DNA of 61,466 bases, taken from NCBI GenBank assembly GCA_032718475.1, contig JAUCBJ010004596.1:1-61466 (forward strand), read 5' to 3'. Positions 27,401-42,400 of the stretch are shown in pieces. The notes beneath the pieces are model-generated. The model saw nothing but the letters and a program-made list of their open reading frames with translations, did no database searches and was not told where the DNA came from. The stretch's first letter is position 1. Every line of letters starts with the position of its first letter. Both the position numbers and the translations under genes were made by a program. Source of the DNA: Nemertoderma westbladi. Lineage: Eukaryota; Animalia; Xenacoelomorpha.

Positions 27401-30400
27401 AACTTTGAGTGCTGTGTGAACCCGGTAGATGAGTAGTAGAGTAAACAACACTTAGAGTGGTGTGAACCCGGTAGATGAGTAGTAGAGTAAACAAAACTTA
27501 GAGTGCTGTGTGAACCCGGTAGATGAATAGTAAAGTAAACAAAACTTAGAGTGCTGTGTGAACCCGGTAGATGAATAGTAAAGTAAACAAAACTTAGAGT
27601 GCTGTGTGAACCCAGTAGATGAGTAGTAGAGTAAACAAAACTTAGAGTGCTGTGTGAACCCGATAGATGAGTAGTAGAGTAAACAAAACTTAGAGTGCTG
27701 TGTGAACCCGGTAGATGAGTAGTAGAGGAAACAAAACTTAGAGTGCTGTGTGAACCCGGTAGATGAGTAGTAGAGTAAATAAAACGCTATGTGAACCTGG
27801 TAGATGAGTAGTAGAGTAAACAAAATTTTGAGTGCTGTGTGAACCCGGTAGATGAGTAGTAGAGTAAACAAAACTTAGAGTGCTGTGTGAACCCGATAGA
27901 GGAGTAGTAGAGTAAACAAAACTTAGAGTGCTATGTGAACCCGGTAGATGAGTAGTAGAGTAAACAAAACTTAGAGTGCTATGTGAACCCGGTAGATGAG
28001 TAGTAGAGTAAACAAAACGCTATGTGAACCTGGTAGATGAGTAGTAGAGTAAACAAAACTTTGAGTGCTGTGTGAACCCGGTAGATGAGTAGTAGAATAA
28101 AGAAAACTTAGAGTGCTGTGTGAACCCGGTAGATGAGTGGTAGAGTAAACAAAACTTAGAGTGCTGTGTGAACCCGGTAGATGAGTAGTAGAGTAAACAA
28201 AACTTAGAGTGCTGTGTGAACCCGGTAGATGAGTAGTAGAGTAAACAAAACGTAGGCTGTGTGAACCCGGTAGCTGAGTAGTAGAGTAAACAAAACTTAG
28301 AGTGCTGTGTGAACCCGGTAGATGAGTAGTAGAGTAAACAAAACTTAGAGTGCTGTGTGAACCCGGTAGATGAGTAGTAGAGTAAACAAAACTTTGAGTG
28401 CTATGTGAACCCAGTAGATGAGTAGTAGAGTAAACAAAACTTAGAGTGCTATGTGAACACGGTAGATGAGTAGTAGAGTAAACAAAACGCTATGTGAACC
28501 TGGTAGATGAGTAGTAGAGTAAACAAAACTTTGAGTGCTGTGTGAACCCAGTAGATGAGTAGTAGAATAAACAAAACTTAGAGTGCTGTGTGAAACCGGT
28601 AGATGAGTAGTAGAGTAAACAAAACTTTGAGTGCTGTGTGAACCTGGTAGATGAGTAGTAGTGTAAACAAAACTTAGAGTGCTGTGTGAACCCGGTAGAT
28701 GAGTAGTAGAGTAAACAAAACTTAGAGTGCTGTGTGAACCCGGTAGATGAGTAGTAGAGTAAACAAAACTTAGAGTGCTGTGTGAACTCGGTAGAGGAGT
28801 AGTAGAGTAAACAACACTTAGAGTGGTGTGAACCCGGTAGATGAGTAGTAGAGTAAACAAAACTTAGAGTGCTGTGTGAACCCGGTAGATGAGTAGTAGA
28901 GTAAACAAAACTTAGAGTGCTGTGTGAACCCGATAGATGAGTAGTAGATTAAACAAAACTTAGAGTGCTGTGTGAACCCGGTAGATGAGTAGTAGAGTAA
29001 ACAAAACTTAGAGTGCTGTGTGAACCCGGTAGATGAGTAGTAGAGTAAATAAAACGCTATGTGAACCTGGTAGATGAGTAGTAGAGTAAACAAAATTTTG
29101 AGTGCTGTGTGAACCCGGTATATGAGTAGTAGAGTAAACAAAACTTAGAGTGCTGTGTGAACCCGGTAGCTGAGTAGTAGAGTAAACAAAACGTAGGCTG
29201 TGTGAACCCGGTAGATGAGTAGTAGAGTAAACAAAACTTAGAGTAGTGTGAACCCGGTAGATGAGTAGTAGAGTAAACAAAACTTTGAGTGCTGTGTGAA
29301 CCCGGTAGATGAATAGTAAAGTAAACAAAACTTAGAGTGCTGTGTGAACCCGGTAGATGAGTAGTAGAGTAAACAAAACTTAGAGTGCTGTGTGAACCCG
29401 GTAGCTGAGTAGTAGAGTAAACAAAACTTAGAGTGCTGTGTGAACCCGGTAGATGAGTAGTAGAGTAAACAAAACTTAGAGTGCTGTGTGAACCCGGTAG
29501 ATGAGTAGTAGAGTAAACAAAACTTAGAGTGCTGTGTGAACCCGGTAGCTGAGTAGTAGAGTAAACAAAACGTAGAGTGCTGTGTGAACCCGGTAGATGA
29601 GTAGTAGAGTAAACAAAACTTAGAGTAGTGTGAACCCGGTAGATGAGTAGTAGAGTAAACAAAACTTTGAGTGCTGTGTGAACCCGGTAGATGAGTAGTA
29701 GAGTAAACAACACTTAGAGTGGTGTGAACCCGGTAGATGAGTAGTAGAGCAAACAAAACTTTGAGTGCTGTGTGAACCCGGTAGATGAGTAGTAGAGTAA
29801 ACAAAACTTTGAGTGCTGTGTGAACCCGGTAGATGAGTAGTAGAGTAAACAACACTTAGAGTGGTGTGAACCCGGTAGATGAGTAGTAGAGTAAACAAAA
29901 CTTAGAGTGCTGTGTGAACCCGGTAGATGAATAGTAAAGTAAACAAAACTTAGAGTGCTGTGTGAACCCGGTAGATGAATAGTAAAGTAAACAAAACTTA
30001 GAGTGCTGTGTGAACCCAGTAGATGAGTAGTAGAGTAAACAAAACTTAGAGTGCTGTGTGAACCCGATAGATGAGTAGTAGAGTAAACAAAACTTAGAGT
30101 GCTGTGTGAACCCGGTAGATGAGTAGTAGAGGAAACAAAACTTAGAGTGCTGTGTGAACCCGGTAGATGAGTAGTAGAGTAAATAAAACGCTATGTGAAC
30201 CTGGTAGATGAGTAGTAGAGTAAACAAAATTTTGAGTGCTGTGTGAACCCGGTAGATGAGTAGTAGAGTAAACAAAACTTAGAGTGCTGTGTGAACCCGA
30301 TAGAGGAGTAGTAGAGTAAACAAAACTTAGAGTGCTATGTGAACCCGGTAGATGAGTAGTAGAGTAAACAAAACTTAGAGTGCTATGTGAACCCGGTAGA

Positions 30401-33400
30401 TGAGTAGTAGAGTAAACAAAACGCTATGTGAACCTGGTAGATGAGTAGTAGAGTAAACAAAACTTTGAGTGCTGTGTGAACCCGGTAGATGAGTAGTAGA
30501 ATAAACAAAACTTAGAGTGCTGTGTGAACCCGGTAGATGAGTAGTAGAGTAAACAAAACTTAGAGTGCTGTGTGAACCCGGTAGATGAGTAGTAGAGTAA
30601 ACAAAACTTAGAGTGCTGTGTGAACCCGGTAGATGAGTAGTAGAGTAAACAAAACGTAGGCTGTGTGAACCCGGTAGCTGAGTAGTAGAGTAAACAAAAC
30701 TTAGAGTGCTGTGTGAACCCGGTAGATGAGTAGTAGAGTAAACAAAACTTAGAGTGCTGTGTGAACCCGGTAGATGAGTAGTAGAGTAAACAAAACTTTG
30801 AGTGCTATGTGAACCCGGTAGATGAGTAGTAGAGTAAACAAAACTTAGAGTGCTATGTGAACACGGTAGATGAGTAGTAGAGTAAACAAAACGCTATGTG
30901 AACCTGGTAGATGAGTAGTAGAGTAAACAAAACTTTGAGTGCTGTGTGAACCCAGTAGATGAGTAGTAGAATAAACAAAACTTAGAGTGCTGTGTGAAAC
31001 CGGTAGATGAGTAGTAGAGTAAACAAAACTTTGAGTGCTGTGTGAACCTGGTAGATGAGTAGTAGTGTAAACAAAACTTAGAGTGCTGTGTGAACCCGGT
31101 AGATGAGTAGTAGAGTAAACAAAACTTAGAGTGCTGTGTGAACCCGGTAGATGAGTAGTAGAGTAAACAAAACTTAGAGTGCTGTGTGAACTCGGTAGAG
31201 GAGTAGTAGAGTAAACAACACTTAGAGTGGTGTGAACCCGGTAGATGAGTAGTAGAGTAAACAAAACTTAGAGTGCTGTGTGAACCCGGTAGATGAGTAG
31301 TAGAGTAAACAAAACTTAGAGTGCTGTGTAAACTCGGTAGATGAGTAGAAGAGTGTTGTGTGAAACCGGTAGATTAGTAGTAGAGTAAATAAAACTTAGC
31401 TATGTGAACCCGGTAGATGAGTAGTAGAGTAAACAAAACTTAGAGTGCTGTGTGAACCGGGTAGATGAGTAGTAGAGTAAACAAAACTTAGAGTGCTGTG
31501 TGAACCCGGTAGCTGAGTAGTAGAGTAAACAAAACGTAGGCTGTGTGAACCCGGTAGATGAGTAGTAGAGTAAACAAAACTTAGAGTAGTGTGAACCCGG
31601 TAGATGAGTAGTAGAGTAAACAAAACTTTGAGTGCTGTGTGAACCCGGTAGATGAATAGTAAAGTAAACAAAACTTAGAGTGCTGTGTGAACCCGGTAGC
31701 TGAGTAGTAGAGTAAACAAAACTTAGAGTGCTGTGTGAACCCGGTAGATGAGTAGTAGAGTAAACAAAACTTAGAGTGCTGTGTGAACCCGGTAGATGAG
31801 TAGTAGAGTAAACAAAACTTAGAGTGCTGTGTGAACCCGGTAGCTGAGTAGTAGAGTAAACAAAACGTAGAGTGCTGTGTGAACCCGGTAGATGAGTAGT
31901 AGAGTAAACAAAACTTAGAGTAGTGTGAACCCGGTAGATGAGTAGTAGAGTAAACAAAACTTTGAGTGCTGTGTGAACCCGGTAGATGAGTAGTAGAGTA
32001 AACAACACTTAGAGTGGTGTGAACCCGGTAGATGAGTAGTAGAGTAAACAAAGCTTAGAGTGCTGTGTGAACCCGGTAGATGAGTAGTAGAGTAAACAAA
32101 ACTTTGAGTGCTGTGTGAACCCGGTAGATGAGTAGTAGAGTAAACAAAGCTTAGTGTGCTGTGTGAACCCGGTAGATGAGTAGTAGAGTAAACACAACTT
32201 TGAGTGCTGTGTGAACCCGGTAGATGAGTAGTAGAGTAAACAAAACTTAGAGTGCTGTGTGAACCCGGTAGATGAGTAGTAGAGTAAACAAAACTTAGAG
32301 TGCTGTGTGAACCCGGTAGATGAGTAGTAAAGTGCTGTATGAACCCGGTAGATGAGTAGTAGAGTAAACAAAACTTTGAGTGCTGTGTGAACCCGGTAGA
32401 TGAGTAGTAGAGTAAACACAACTTTGAGTGCTGTGTGAACCCGGTAGATGAGTAGTAGAGTGAACAAAGCTTAGAGTGCTGTGTGAACCCGGTAGATGAG
32501 TAGTAGAGTAAACACAACTTTGAGTGCTGTGTGAACCCGGTAGATGAGTAGTAGAGTAAACAAAGCTTAGAGTGCTGTGTGAACCCGGTAGATGAGTAGT
32601 AGAGTAAACACAACTTTGAGTGCTGTGTGAACCCAGTAGATGAGTAGTAGAGTAAACAAAGCTTAGAGTGCTGTGTGAACCCGGTAGATGAGTAGTAGAG
32701 TAAACAAAACTTAGAGTTCTGTGTGAACCCGGTAGATGAGTAGTAGAGTAAACACAACTTTGAGTGCTGTGTGAACCCGGTAGATGAGTAGTAGAGTAAA
32801 CAAAGCTTAGAGTGCTGTGTGAACCCGGTAGATGAGTAGTAGAGTAAACAAAGCTTAGAGTGCTGTGTGAACCCGGTAGATGAGTAGTAAAGTGCTGTAT
32901 GAACCCGGTAGATGAGTAGTAGAGTAAACAAAACTTAGAGTGCTGTGTGAACCCGGTAGATGAGTAGTAGAGTAAACAAAACTTAGAGTGCTGTGTGAAC
33001 CCGGTAGATGAGTAGTAGAGTAAACAAAACTTTGAGTGCTGTGTGAACCCGGTAGATGAGTAGTAGAGTAAACACAACTTTGAGTGCTGTGTGAACCCGG
33101 TAGATGAGTAGTAGAGTAAACAAAGCTTAGAGTGCTGTGTGAACCCGGTAGATGAGTAGTAGAGTGCTGTGTGAACCCGGTAGATGAGTAGTAGAGTAAA
33201 CAAAACTTAGAGTGCTGTGTGAACCCGGTAGATGAGTAGTAGAGTAAACAAAACTTTGAGTGCTGTGTGAACCCGGTAGATGAGTAGTAGAGTAAACAAA
33301 ACTTTGAGTGCTGTGTGAACCCGGTAGATGAGTAGTAGAGTAAACAAAGCTTAGAGTGCTGTGTGAACCCGGTAGATGAGTAGTAGAGTAAACAAAGCTT

Positions 33401-36400
33401 AGAGTGCTGTGTGAACCCGGTAGATGAGTAGTAGAGTAAACACAACTTTGAGTGCTGTGTGAACCCGGTAGATGAGTAGTAGAGTAAACAAAGCTTTGAG
33501 TGCTGTGTGAACCCGGTAGATGAGTAGTAGAGTAAACAAACTTAGAGTGCTGTGTGAACCCGGTAGATGAGTAGTAGAGTAAACACAACTTTGAGTGCTG
33601 TGTGAACCCGGTAGATGAGTAGTAGAGTAAACAAAGCTTAGAGTGCTGTGTGAACCCGGTAGATGAGTAGTAGAGTAAACAACAACTTTGAGTGCTGTGT
33701 GAACCCGGTAGATGAGTAGTAGAGTAAACAAAGCTTAGAGTGCTGTGTGAACCCGGTAGATGAGTAGTAGAGTAAACACAACTTTGAGTGCTGTGTGAAC
33801 CCAGTAGATGAGTAGTAGAGTAAACAAAGCTTAGAGTGCTGTGTGAACCCGGTAGATGAGTAGTAGAGTAAACAAAACTTAGAGTGCTGTGTGAACCCGG
33901 TAGATGAGTAGTAGAGTAAACACAACTTTGAGTGCTGTGTGAACCCGGTAGATGAGTAGTAGAGTAAACAAAGCTTAGAGTGCTGTGTGAACCCGGTAGA
34001 TGAGTAGTAGAGTAAACAAAGCTTAGAGTGCTGTGTGAACCCGGTAGATGAGTAGTAAAGTGCTGTATGAACCCGGTAGATGAGTAGTAGAGTAAACAAA
34101 ACTTAGAGTGCTGTGTGAACCCGGTAGATGAGTAGTAGAGTAAACAAAACTTAGAGTGCTGTGTGAACCCGGTAGATGAGTAGTAGAGTAAACAAAACTT
34201 TGAGTGCTGTGTGAACCCGGTAGATGAGTAGTAGAGTAAACACAACTTTGAGTGCTGTGTGAACCCGGTAGATGAGTAGTAGAGTAAACAAAGCTTAGAG
34301 TGCTGTGTGAACCCGGTAGATGAGTAGTAGAGTGCTGTGTGAACCCGGTAGATGAGTAGTAGAGTAAACAAAACTTAGAGTGCTGTGTGAACCCGGTAGA
34401 TGAGTAGTAGAGTAAACAAAACTTTGAGTGCTGTGTGAACCCGGTAGATGAGTAGTAGAGTAAACAAAACTTTGAGTGCTGTGTGAACCCGGTAGATGAG
34501 TAGTAGAGTAAACAAAGCTTAGAGTGCTGTGTGAACCCGGTAGATGAGTAGTAGTGTAAACAAAGCTTAGAGTGCTGTGTGAACCCGGTAGATGAGTAGT
34601 AGAGTAAACACAACTTTGAGTGCTGTGTGAACCCGGTAGATGAGTAGTAGAGTAAACAAAGCTTTGAGTGCTGTGTGAACCCGGTAGATGAGTAGTAGAG
34701 TAAACAAAGCTTAGAGTGCTGTGTGAACCCGGTAGATGAGTAGTAGAGTAAACAAAGCTTAGAGTGCTGTGTGAACCCGGTAGATGAGTAGTAGAGTAAA
34801 CAAAGCTTAGAGTGCTGTGTGAACCCAGTAGATGAGTAGTAGAGTAAACAAAGCTTAGAGTGCTGTGTGAACCCGGTAGATGAGTAGTAGAGTAAACAAA
34901 GCTTAGAGTGCTGTGTGAACCCGGTAGATGAGTAGTAGAGTAAACACAACTTTGAGTGCTGGGTGAACCCGGTAGATGAGTAGTAGAGTAAACAAAGCTT
35001 AGAGTGCTGTGTGAACCCGGTAGATGAGTAGTAGAGTAAACAAAGCTTAGAGTGCTATGTGAACCCGGTAGATGAGTAGTAAAGTGCTGTATGAACCCGG
35101 TAGATGAGTAGTAGAGAAAACAAAACTTAGAGTGCTGTGTGAACCCGGTAGATGAGTAGTAGAGTAAACAAAACTTTGAGTGCTGTGTGAACCCGGTAGA
35201 TGAGTAGTAGAGTAAACACAACTTTGAGTGCTTTGTGAACCCGGTAGATGAGTAGTAGAGTAAACAAAGCTTAGAGTGCTGTGTGAACCCGGTAGATGAG
35301 TAGTAGAGTGCTGTGTGAACCCGGTAGATGAGTAGTAGAGTAAACAAAACTTAGAGTGCTGTGTGAACCCGGTAGATGAGTAGTAGAGTAAACACAACTT
35401 TGAGTGCTGTGTGAACCCGGTAGATGAGTAGTAGAGTAAACACAACTTTGAGTGCTGTGTGAACCCGGTAGATGAGTAGTAGAGTAAACAAAGCTTAGAG
35501 TGCTGTGTGAACCCGGTAGATGAGTAGTAGAGTAAACAAAACTTAGAGTGCTGTGTGAACCCGGTAGATGAGTAGTAGAGTAAACACAACTTTGAGTGCT
35601 GTGTGAACCCGGTAGATGAGTAGTAGAGTAAACAAAGCTTAGAGTGCTGTGTGAACCCGGTAGATGAGTAGTAGAGTAAACAAAACTTAGAGTGCTGTGT
35701 GAACCCAGTAGATGAGTAGTAGAGTAAACAAAGCTTAGAGTGCTGTGTGAACCCGGTAGATGAGTAGTAGAGTAAACAAAGCTTAGAGTGCTGTGTGAAC
35801 CCGGTAGATGAGTAGTAGAGTAAACACAACTTTGAGTGCTGGGTGAACCCAGTAGATGAGTAGTAGAGTAAACAAAGCTTAGAGTGCTGTGTGAACCCGG
35901 TAGATGAGTAGTAGAGTAAACAAAGCTTAGAGTGCTATGTGAACCCGGTAGATGAGTAGTAAAGTGCTGTATGAACCCGGTAGATGAGTAGTAGAGAAAA
36001 CAAAACTTAGAGTGCTGTGTGAACCCGGTAGATGAGTAGTAGAGTAAACAAAACTTTGAGTGCTGTGTGAACCCGGTAGATGAGTAGTAGAGTAAACACA
36101 ACTTTGAGTGCTTTGTGAACCCGGTAGATGAGTAGTAGAGTAAACAAAGCTTAGAGTGCTGTGTGAACCCGGTAGATGAGTAGTAGAGTGCTGTGTGAAC
36201 CCGGTAGATGAGTAGTAGAGTAAACAAAACTTAGAGTGCTGTGTGAACCCGGTAGATGAGTAGTAGAGTAAACACAACTTTGAGTGCTGTGTGAACCCGG
36301 TAGATGAGTAGTAGAGTAAACACAACTTTGAGTGCTGTGTGAACCCGGTAGATGAGTAGTAGAGTAAACAAAGCTTAGAGTGCTGTGTGAACCCGGTAGA

Positions 36401-39400
36401 TGAGTAGTAGAGTAAACAAAACTTAGAGTGCTGTGTGAACCCGGTAGATGAGTAGTAGAGTAAACACAACTTTGAGTGCTGTGTGAACCCGGTAGATGAG
36501 TAGTAGAGTAAACAAAGCTTAGAGTGCTGTGTGAACCCGGTAGATGAGTAGTAGAGTAAACAAAACTTAGAGTGCTGTGTGAACCCGGTAGATGAGTAGT
36601 AGAGTAAACACAACTTTGAGTGCTGTGTGAACCCGGTAGATGAGTAGTAGAACAAAGCTTAGAGTGCTGTGTGAACCCGGTAGATGAGTAGTAGAGTAAA
36701 CAAAACTTAGAGTGCTGTGTGAACCCGGTAGATGAGTAGTAGAGTAAACACAACTTTGAGTGCTGTGTGAACCCGGTAGATGAGTAGTAGAGTAAACAAA
36801 GCTTAGAGTGCTGTGTGAACCCGGTAGATGAGTAGTAGAGTAAACAAAACTTAGAGTGCTGTGTGAACCCGGTAGATGAGTAGTAGAGTAAACACAACTT
36901 TGAGTGCTGTGTGAACCCGGTAGATGAGTAGTAGAGTAAACAAAGCTTAGAGTGCTGTGTGAACCCGGTAGATGAGTAGTAGTGTAAACAAAGCTTAGAG
37001 TGCTGTGTGAACCCGGTAGATGAGTAGTAGAGTAAACACAACTTTGAGTGCTGTGTGAACCCGGTAGATGAGTAGTAGAGTAAACAAAGCTTTGAGTGCT
37101 GTGTGAACCCGGTAGATGAGTAGTAGAGTAAACAAAGCTTAGAGTGCTGTGTGAACCCGGTAGATGAGTAGTAGAGTAAACAAAGCTTAGAGTGCTGTGT
37201 GAACCCGGTAGATGAGTAGTAGAGTAAACAAAGCTTAGAGTGCTGTGTGAACCCAGTAGATGAGTAGTAGAGTAAACAAAGCTTAGAGTGCTGTGTGAAC
37301 CCGGTAGATGAGTAGTAGAGTAAACAAAGCTTAGAGTGCTGTGTGAACCCGGTAGATGAGTAGTAGAGTAAACACAACTTTGAGTGCTGGGTGAACCCGG
37401 TAGATGAGTAGTAGAGTAAACAAAGCTTAGAGTGCTGTGTGAACCCGGTAGATGAGTAGTAGAGTAAACAAAGCTTAGAGTGCTATGTGAACCCGGTAGA
37501 TGAGTAGTAAAGTGCTGTATGAACCCGGTAGATGAGTAGTAGAGAAAACAAAACTTAGAGTGCTGTGTGAACCCGGTAGATGAGTAGTAGAGTAAACAAA
37601 ACTTTGAGTGCTGTGTGAACCCGGTAGATGAGTAGTAGAGTAAACACAACTTTGAGTGCTTTGTGAACCCGGTAGATGAGTAGTAGAGTAAACAAAGCTT
37701 AGAGTGCTGTGTGAACCCGGTAGATGAGTAGTAGAGTGCTGTGTGAACCCGGTAGATGAGTAGTAGAGTAAACAAAACTTAGAGTGCTGTGTGAACCCGG
37801 TAGATGAGTAGTAGAGTAAACACAACTTTGAGTGCTGTGTGAACCCGGTAGATGAGTAGTAGAGTAAACACAACTTTGAGTGCTGTGTGAACCCGGTAGA
37901 TGAGTAGTAGAGTAAACAAAGCTTAGAGTGCTGTGTGAACCCGGTAGATGAGTAGTAGAGTAAACAAAACTTAGAGTGCTGTGTGAACCCGGTAGATGAG
38001 TAGTAGAGTAAACACAACTTTGAGTGCTGTGTGAACCCGGTAGATGAGTAGTAGAGTAAACAAAGCTTAGAGTGCTGTGTGAACCCGGTAGATGAGTAGT
38101 AGAGTAAACAAAACTTAGAGTGCTGTGTGAACCCGGTAGATGAGTAGTAGAGTAAACACAACTTTGAGTGCTGTGTGAACCCGGTAGATGAGTAGTAGAA
38201 CAAAGCTTAGAGTGCTGTGTGAACCCGGTAGATGAGTAGTAGAGTAAACAAAACTTAGAGTGCTGTGTGAACCCGGTAGATGAGTAGTAGAGTAAACAAA
38301 ACTTAGAGTGCTGTGTGAACCCGGTAGATGAGTAGTAAAGTGCTGTATGAACCCGGTAGATGAGTAGTAGAGAAAACAAAACTTTGAGTGTTGTGTGAAC
38401 CCGGTAGATGAGTAGTAGAGTAAACAAAACTTTGAGTGCTGTGTGAACCCGGTAGATGAGTAGTAGAGTAAACAAAGCTTAGAGTGCTGTGTGAACCCGG
38501 TAGATGAGTAGTAGTTTAAACAAAGCTTAGAGTGCTGTGTGAACCCGGTTGATGAGTAGTAGAGTAAACACAACTTTGAGTGCTGTGTGAACCCGGTAGA
38601 TGAGTAGTAGAGTAAACAAAGCTTAGAGTGCTGTGTGAACCCGGTAGATGAGTAGTAGAGTGCTGTGTGAACCCGGTAGATGAGTAGTAGAGTAAACAAA
38701 ACTTAGAGTGCTGTGTGAACCCGGTAGATGAGTAGTAGAGTAAACAAAACTTTGAGTGTTGTGTGAACCCGGTAGATGAGTAGTAGAGTAAACAAAACTT
38801 TGAGTGCTGTGTGAACCCGGTAGATGAGTAGTAGAGTAAACAAAGCTTAGAGTGCTGTGTGAACCCGGTAGATGAGTAGTAGTGTAAACAAAGCTTAGAG
38901 TGCTGTGTGAACCCGGTAGATGAGTAGTAGAGTAAACACAACTTTGAGTGCTGTGTGAACCCGGTAGATGAGTAGTAGAGTAAACAAAGCTTTGAGTGCT
39001 GTGTGAACCCGGTAGATGAGTAGTAGAGTAAACAAAGCTTAGAGTGCTGTGTGAACCCGGTAGATGAGTAGTAGAGTAAACAAAGCTTAGAGTGCTGTGT
39101 GAACCCGGTAGATGAGTAGTAGAGTAAACAAAGCTTAGAGTGCTGTGTGAACCCAGTAGATGAGTAGTAGAGTAAACAAAGCTTAGAGTGCTGTGTGAAC
39201 CCGGTAGATGAGTAGTAGAGTAAACAAAGCTTAGAGTGCTGTGTGAACCCGGTAGATGAGTAGTAGAGTAAACACAACTTTGAGTGCTGGGTGAACCCGG
39301 TAGATGAGTAGTAGAGTAAACAAAGCTTAGAGTGCTGTGTGAACCCGGTAGATGAGTAGTAGAGTAAACAAAACTTTGAGTGCTGTGTGAACCCGGTAGA

Positions 39401-42400
39401 TGAGTAGTAGAGTAAACACAACTTTGAGTGCTGTGTGAACCCGGTAGATGAGTAGTAGAGTAAACAAAGCTTAGAGTGCTGTGTGAACCCGGTAGATGAG
39501 TAGTAGTGTAAACAAAGCTTAGAGTGCTGTGTGAACCCGGTAGATGAGTAGTAGAGTAAACACAACTTTGAGTGCTGTGTGAACCCGGTAGATGAGTAGT
39601 AGAGTAAACAAAGCTTTGAGTGCTGTGTGAACCCGGTAGATGAGTAGTAGAGTAAACAAAGCTTAGAGTGCTGTGTGAACCCGGTAGATGAGTAGTAGAG
39701 TAAACAAAGCTTAGAGTGCTGTGTGAACCCGGTAGATGAGTAGTAGAGTAAACAAAGCTTAGAGTGCTGTGTGAACCCAGTAGATGAGTAGTAGAGTAAA
39801 CAAAGCTTAGAGTGCTGTGTGAACCCGGTAGATGAGTAGTAGAGTAAACAAAGCTTAGAGTGCTGTGTGAACCCGGTAGATGAGTAGTAGAGTAAACACA
39901 ACTTTGAGTGCTGGGTGAACCCGGTAGATGAGTAGTAGAGTAAACAAAGCTTAGAGTGCTGTGTGAACCCGGTAGATGAGTAGTAGAGTAAACAAAGCTT
40001 AGAGTGCTATGTGAACCCGGTAGATGAGTAGTAAAGTGCTGTATGAACCCGGTAGATGAGTAGTAGAGAAAACAAAACTTAGAGTGCTGTGTGAACCCGG
40101 TAGATGAGTAGTAGAGTAAACAAAACTTTGAGTGCTGTGTGAACCCGGTAGATGAGTAGTAGAGTAAACACAACTTTGAGTGCTTTGTGAACCCGGTAGA
40201 TGAGTAGTAGAGTAAACAAAGCTTAGAGTGCTGTGTGAACCCGGTAGATGAGTAGTAGAGTGCTGTGTGAACCCGGTAGATGAGTAGTAGAGTAAACAAA
40301 ACTTAGAGTGCTGTGTGAACCCGGTAGATGAGTAGTAGAGTAAACACAACTTTGAGTGCTGTGTGAACCCGGTAGATGAGTAGTAGAGTAAACACAACTT
40401 TGAGTGCTGTGTGAACCCGGTAGATGAGTAGTAGAGTAAACAAAGCTTAGAGTGCTGTGTGAACCCGGTAGATGAGTAGTAGAGTAAACAAAACTTAGAG
40501 TGCTGTGTGAACCCGGTAGATGAGTAGTAGAGTAAACACAACTTTGAGTGCTGTGTGAACCCGGTAGATGAGTAGTAGAGTAAACAAAGCTTAGAGTGCT
40601 GTGTGAACCCGGTAGATGAGTAGTAGAGTAAACAAAACTTAGAGTGCTGTGTGAACCCGGTAGATGAGTAGTAGAGTAAACACAACTTTGAGTGCTGTGT
40701 GAACCCGGTAGATGAGTAGTAGAACAAAGCTTAGAGTGCTGTGTGAACCCGGTAGATGAGTAGTAGAGTAAACAAAACTTAGAGTGCTGTGTGAACCCGG
40801 TAGATGAGTAGTAGAGTAAACAAAACTTAGAGTGCTGTGTGAACCCGGTAGATGAGTAGTAAAGTGCTGTATGAACCCGGTAGATGAGTAGTAGAGAAAA
40901 CAAAACTTTGAGTGTTGTGTGAACCCGGTAGATGAGTAGTAGAGTAAACAAAACTTTGAGTGCTGTGTGAACCCGGTAGATGAGTAGTAGAGTAAACAAA
41001 GCTTAGAGTGCTGTGTGAACCCGGTAGATGAGTAGTAGTTTAAACAAAGCTTAGAGTGCTGTGTGAACCCGGTTGATGAGTAGTAGAGTAAACACAACTT
41101 TGAGTGCTGTGTGAACCCGGTAGATGAGTAGTAGAGTAAACAAAGCTTAGAGTGCTGTGTGAACCCGGTAGATGAGTAGTAGAGTGCTGTGTGAACCCGG
41201 TAGATGAGTAGTAGAGTAAACAAAACTTAGAGTGCTGTGTGAACCCGGTAGATGAGTAGTAGAGTAAACAAAACTTTGAGTGCTGTGTGAACCCGGTAGA
41301 TGAGTAGTAGAGTAAACAAAACTTTGAGTGCTGTGTGAACCCGGTAGATGAGTAGTAGAGTAAACAAAGCTTAGAGTGCTGTGTGAACCCGGTAGATGAG
41401 TAGTAGTGTAAACAAAGCTTAGAGTGCTGTGTGAACCCGGTAGATGAGTAGTAGAGTAAACACAACTTTGAGTGCTGTGTGAACCCGGTAGATGAGTAGT
41501 AGAGTAAACAAAGCTTTGAGTGCTGTGTGAACCCGGTAGATGAGTAGTAGAGTAAACAAAGCTTAGAGTGCTGTGTGAACCCGGTAGATGAGTAGTAGAG
41601 TAAACAAAGCTTAGAGTGCTGTGTGAACCCGGTAGATGAGTAGTAGAGTAAACAAAGCTTAGAGTGCTGTGTGAACCCAGTAGATGAGTAGTAGAGTAAA
41701 CAAAGCTTAGAGTGCTGTGTGAACCCGGTAGATGAGTAGTAGAGTAAACAAAGCTTAGAGTGCTGTGTGAACCCGGTAGATGAGTAGTAGAGTAAACACA
41801 ACTTTGAGTGCTGGGTGAACCCGGTAGATGAGTAGTAGAGTAAACAAAGCTTAGAGTGCTGTGTGAACCCGGTAGATGAGTAGTAGAGTAAACAAAGCTT
41901 AGAGTGCTGTGTGAACCCGGTAGATGAGTAGTAAAGTGCTGTATGAACCCGGTAGATGAGTAGTAGAGAAAACAAAACTTAGAGTGCTGTGTGAACCCGG
42001 TAGATGAGTAGTAGAGTAAACAAAACTTTGAGTGCTGTGTGAACCCGGTAGATGAGTAGTAGAGTAAACACAACTTTGAGTGCTGTGTGAACCCGGTAGA
42101 TGAGTAGTAGAGTAAACAAAGCTTAGAGTGCTGTGTGAACCCGGTAGATGAGTAGTAGAGTGCTGTGTGAACCCGGTAGATGAGTAGTAGAGTAAACAAA
42201 ACTTAGAGTGCTGTGTGAACCCGGTAGATGAGTAGTAGAGTAAACACAACTTTGAGTGCTGTGTGAACCCGGTAGATGAGTAGTAGAGTAAACACAACTT
42301 TGAGTGCTGTGTGAACCCGGTAGATGAGTAGTAGAGTAAACAAAGCTTAGAGTGCTGTGTGAACCCGGTAGATGAGTAGTAGAGTAAACAAAACTTAGAG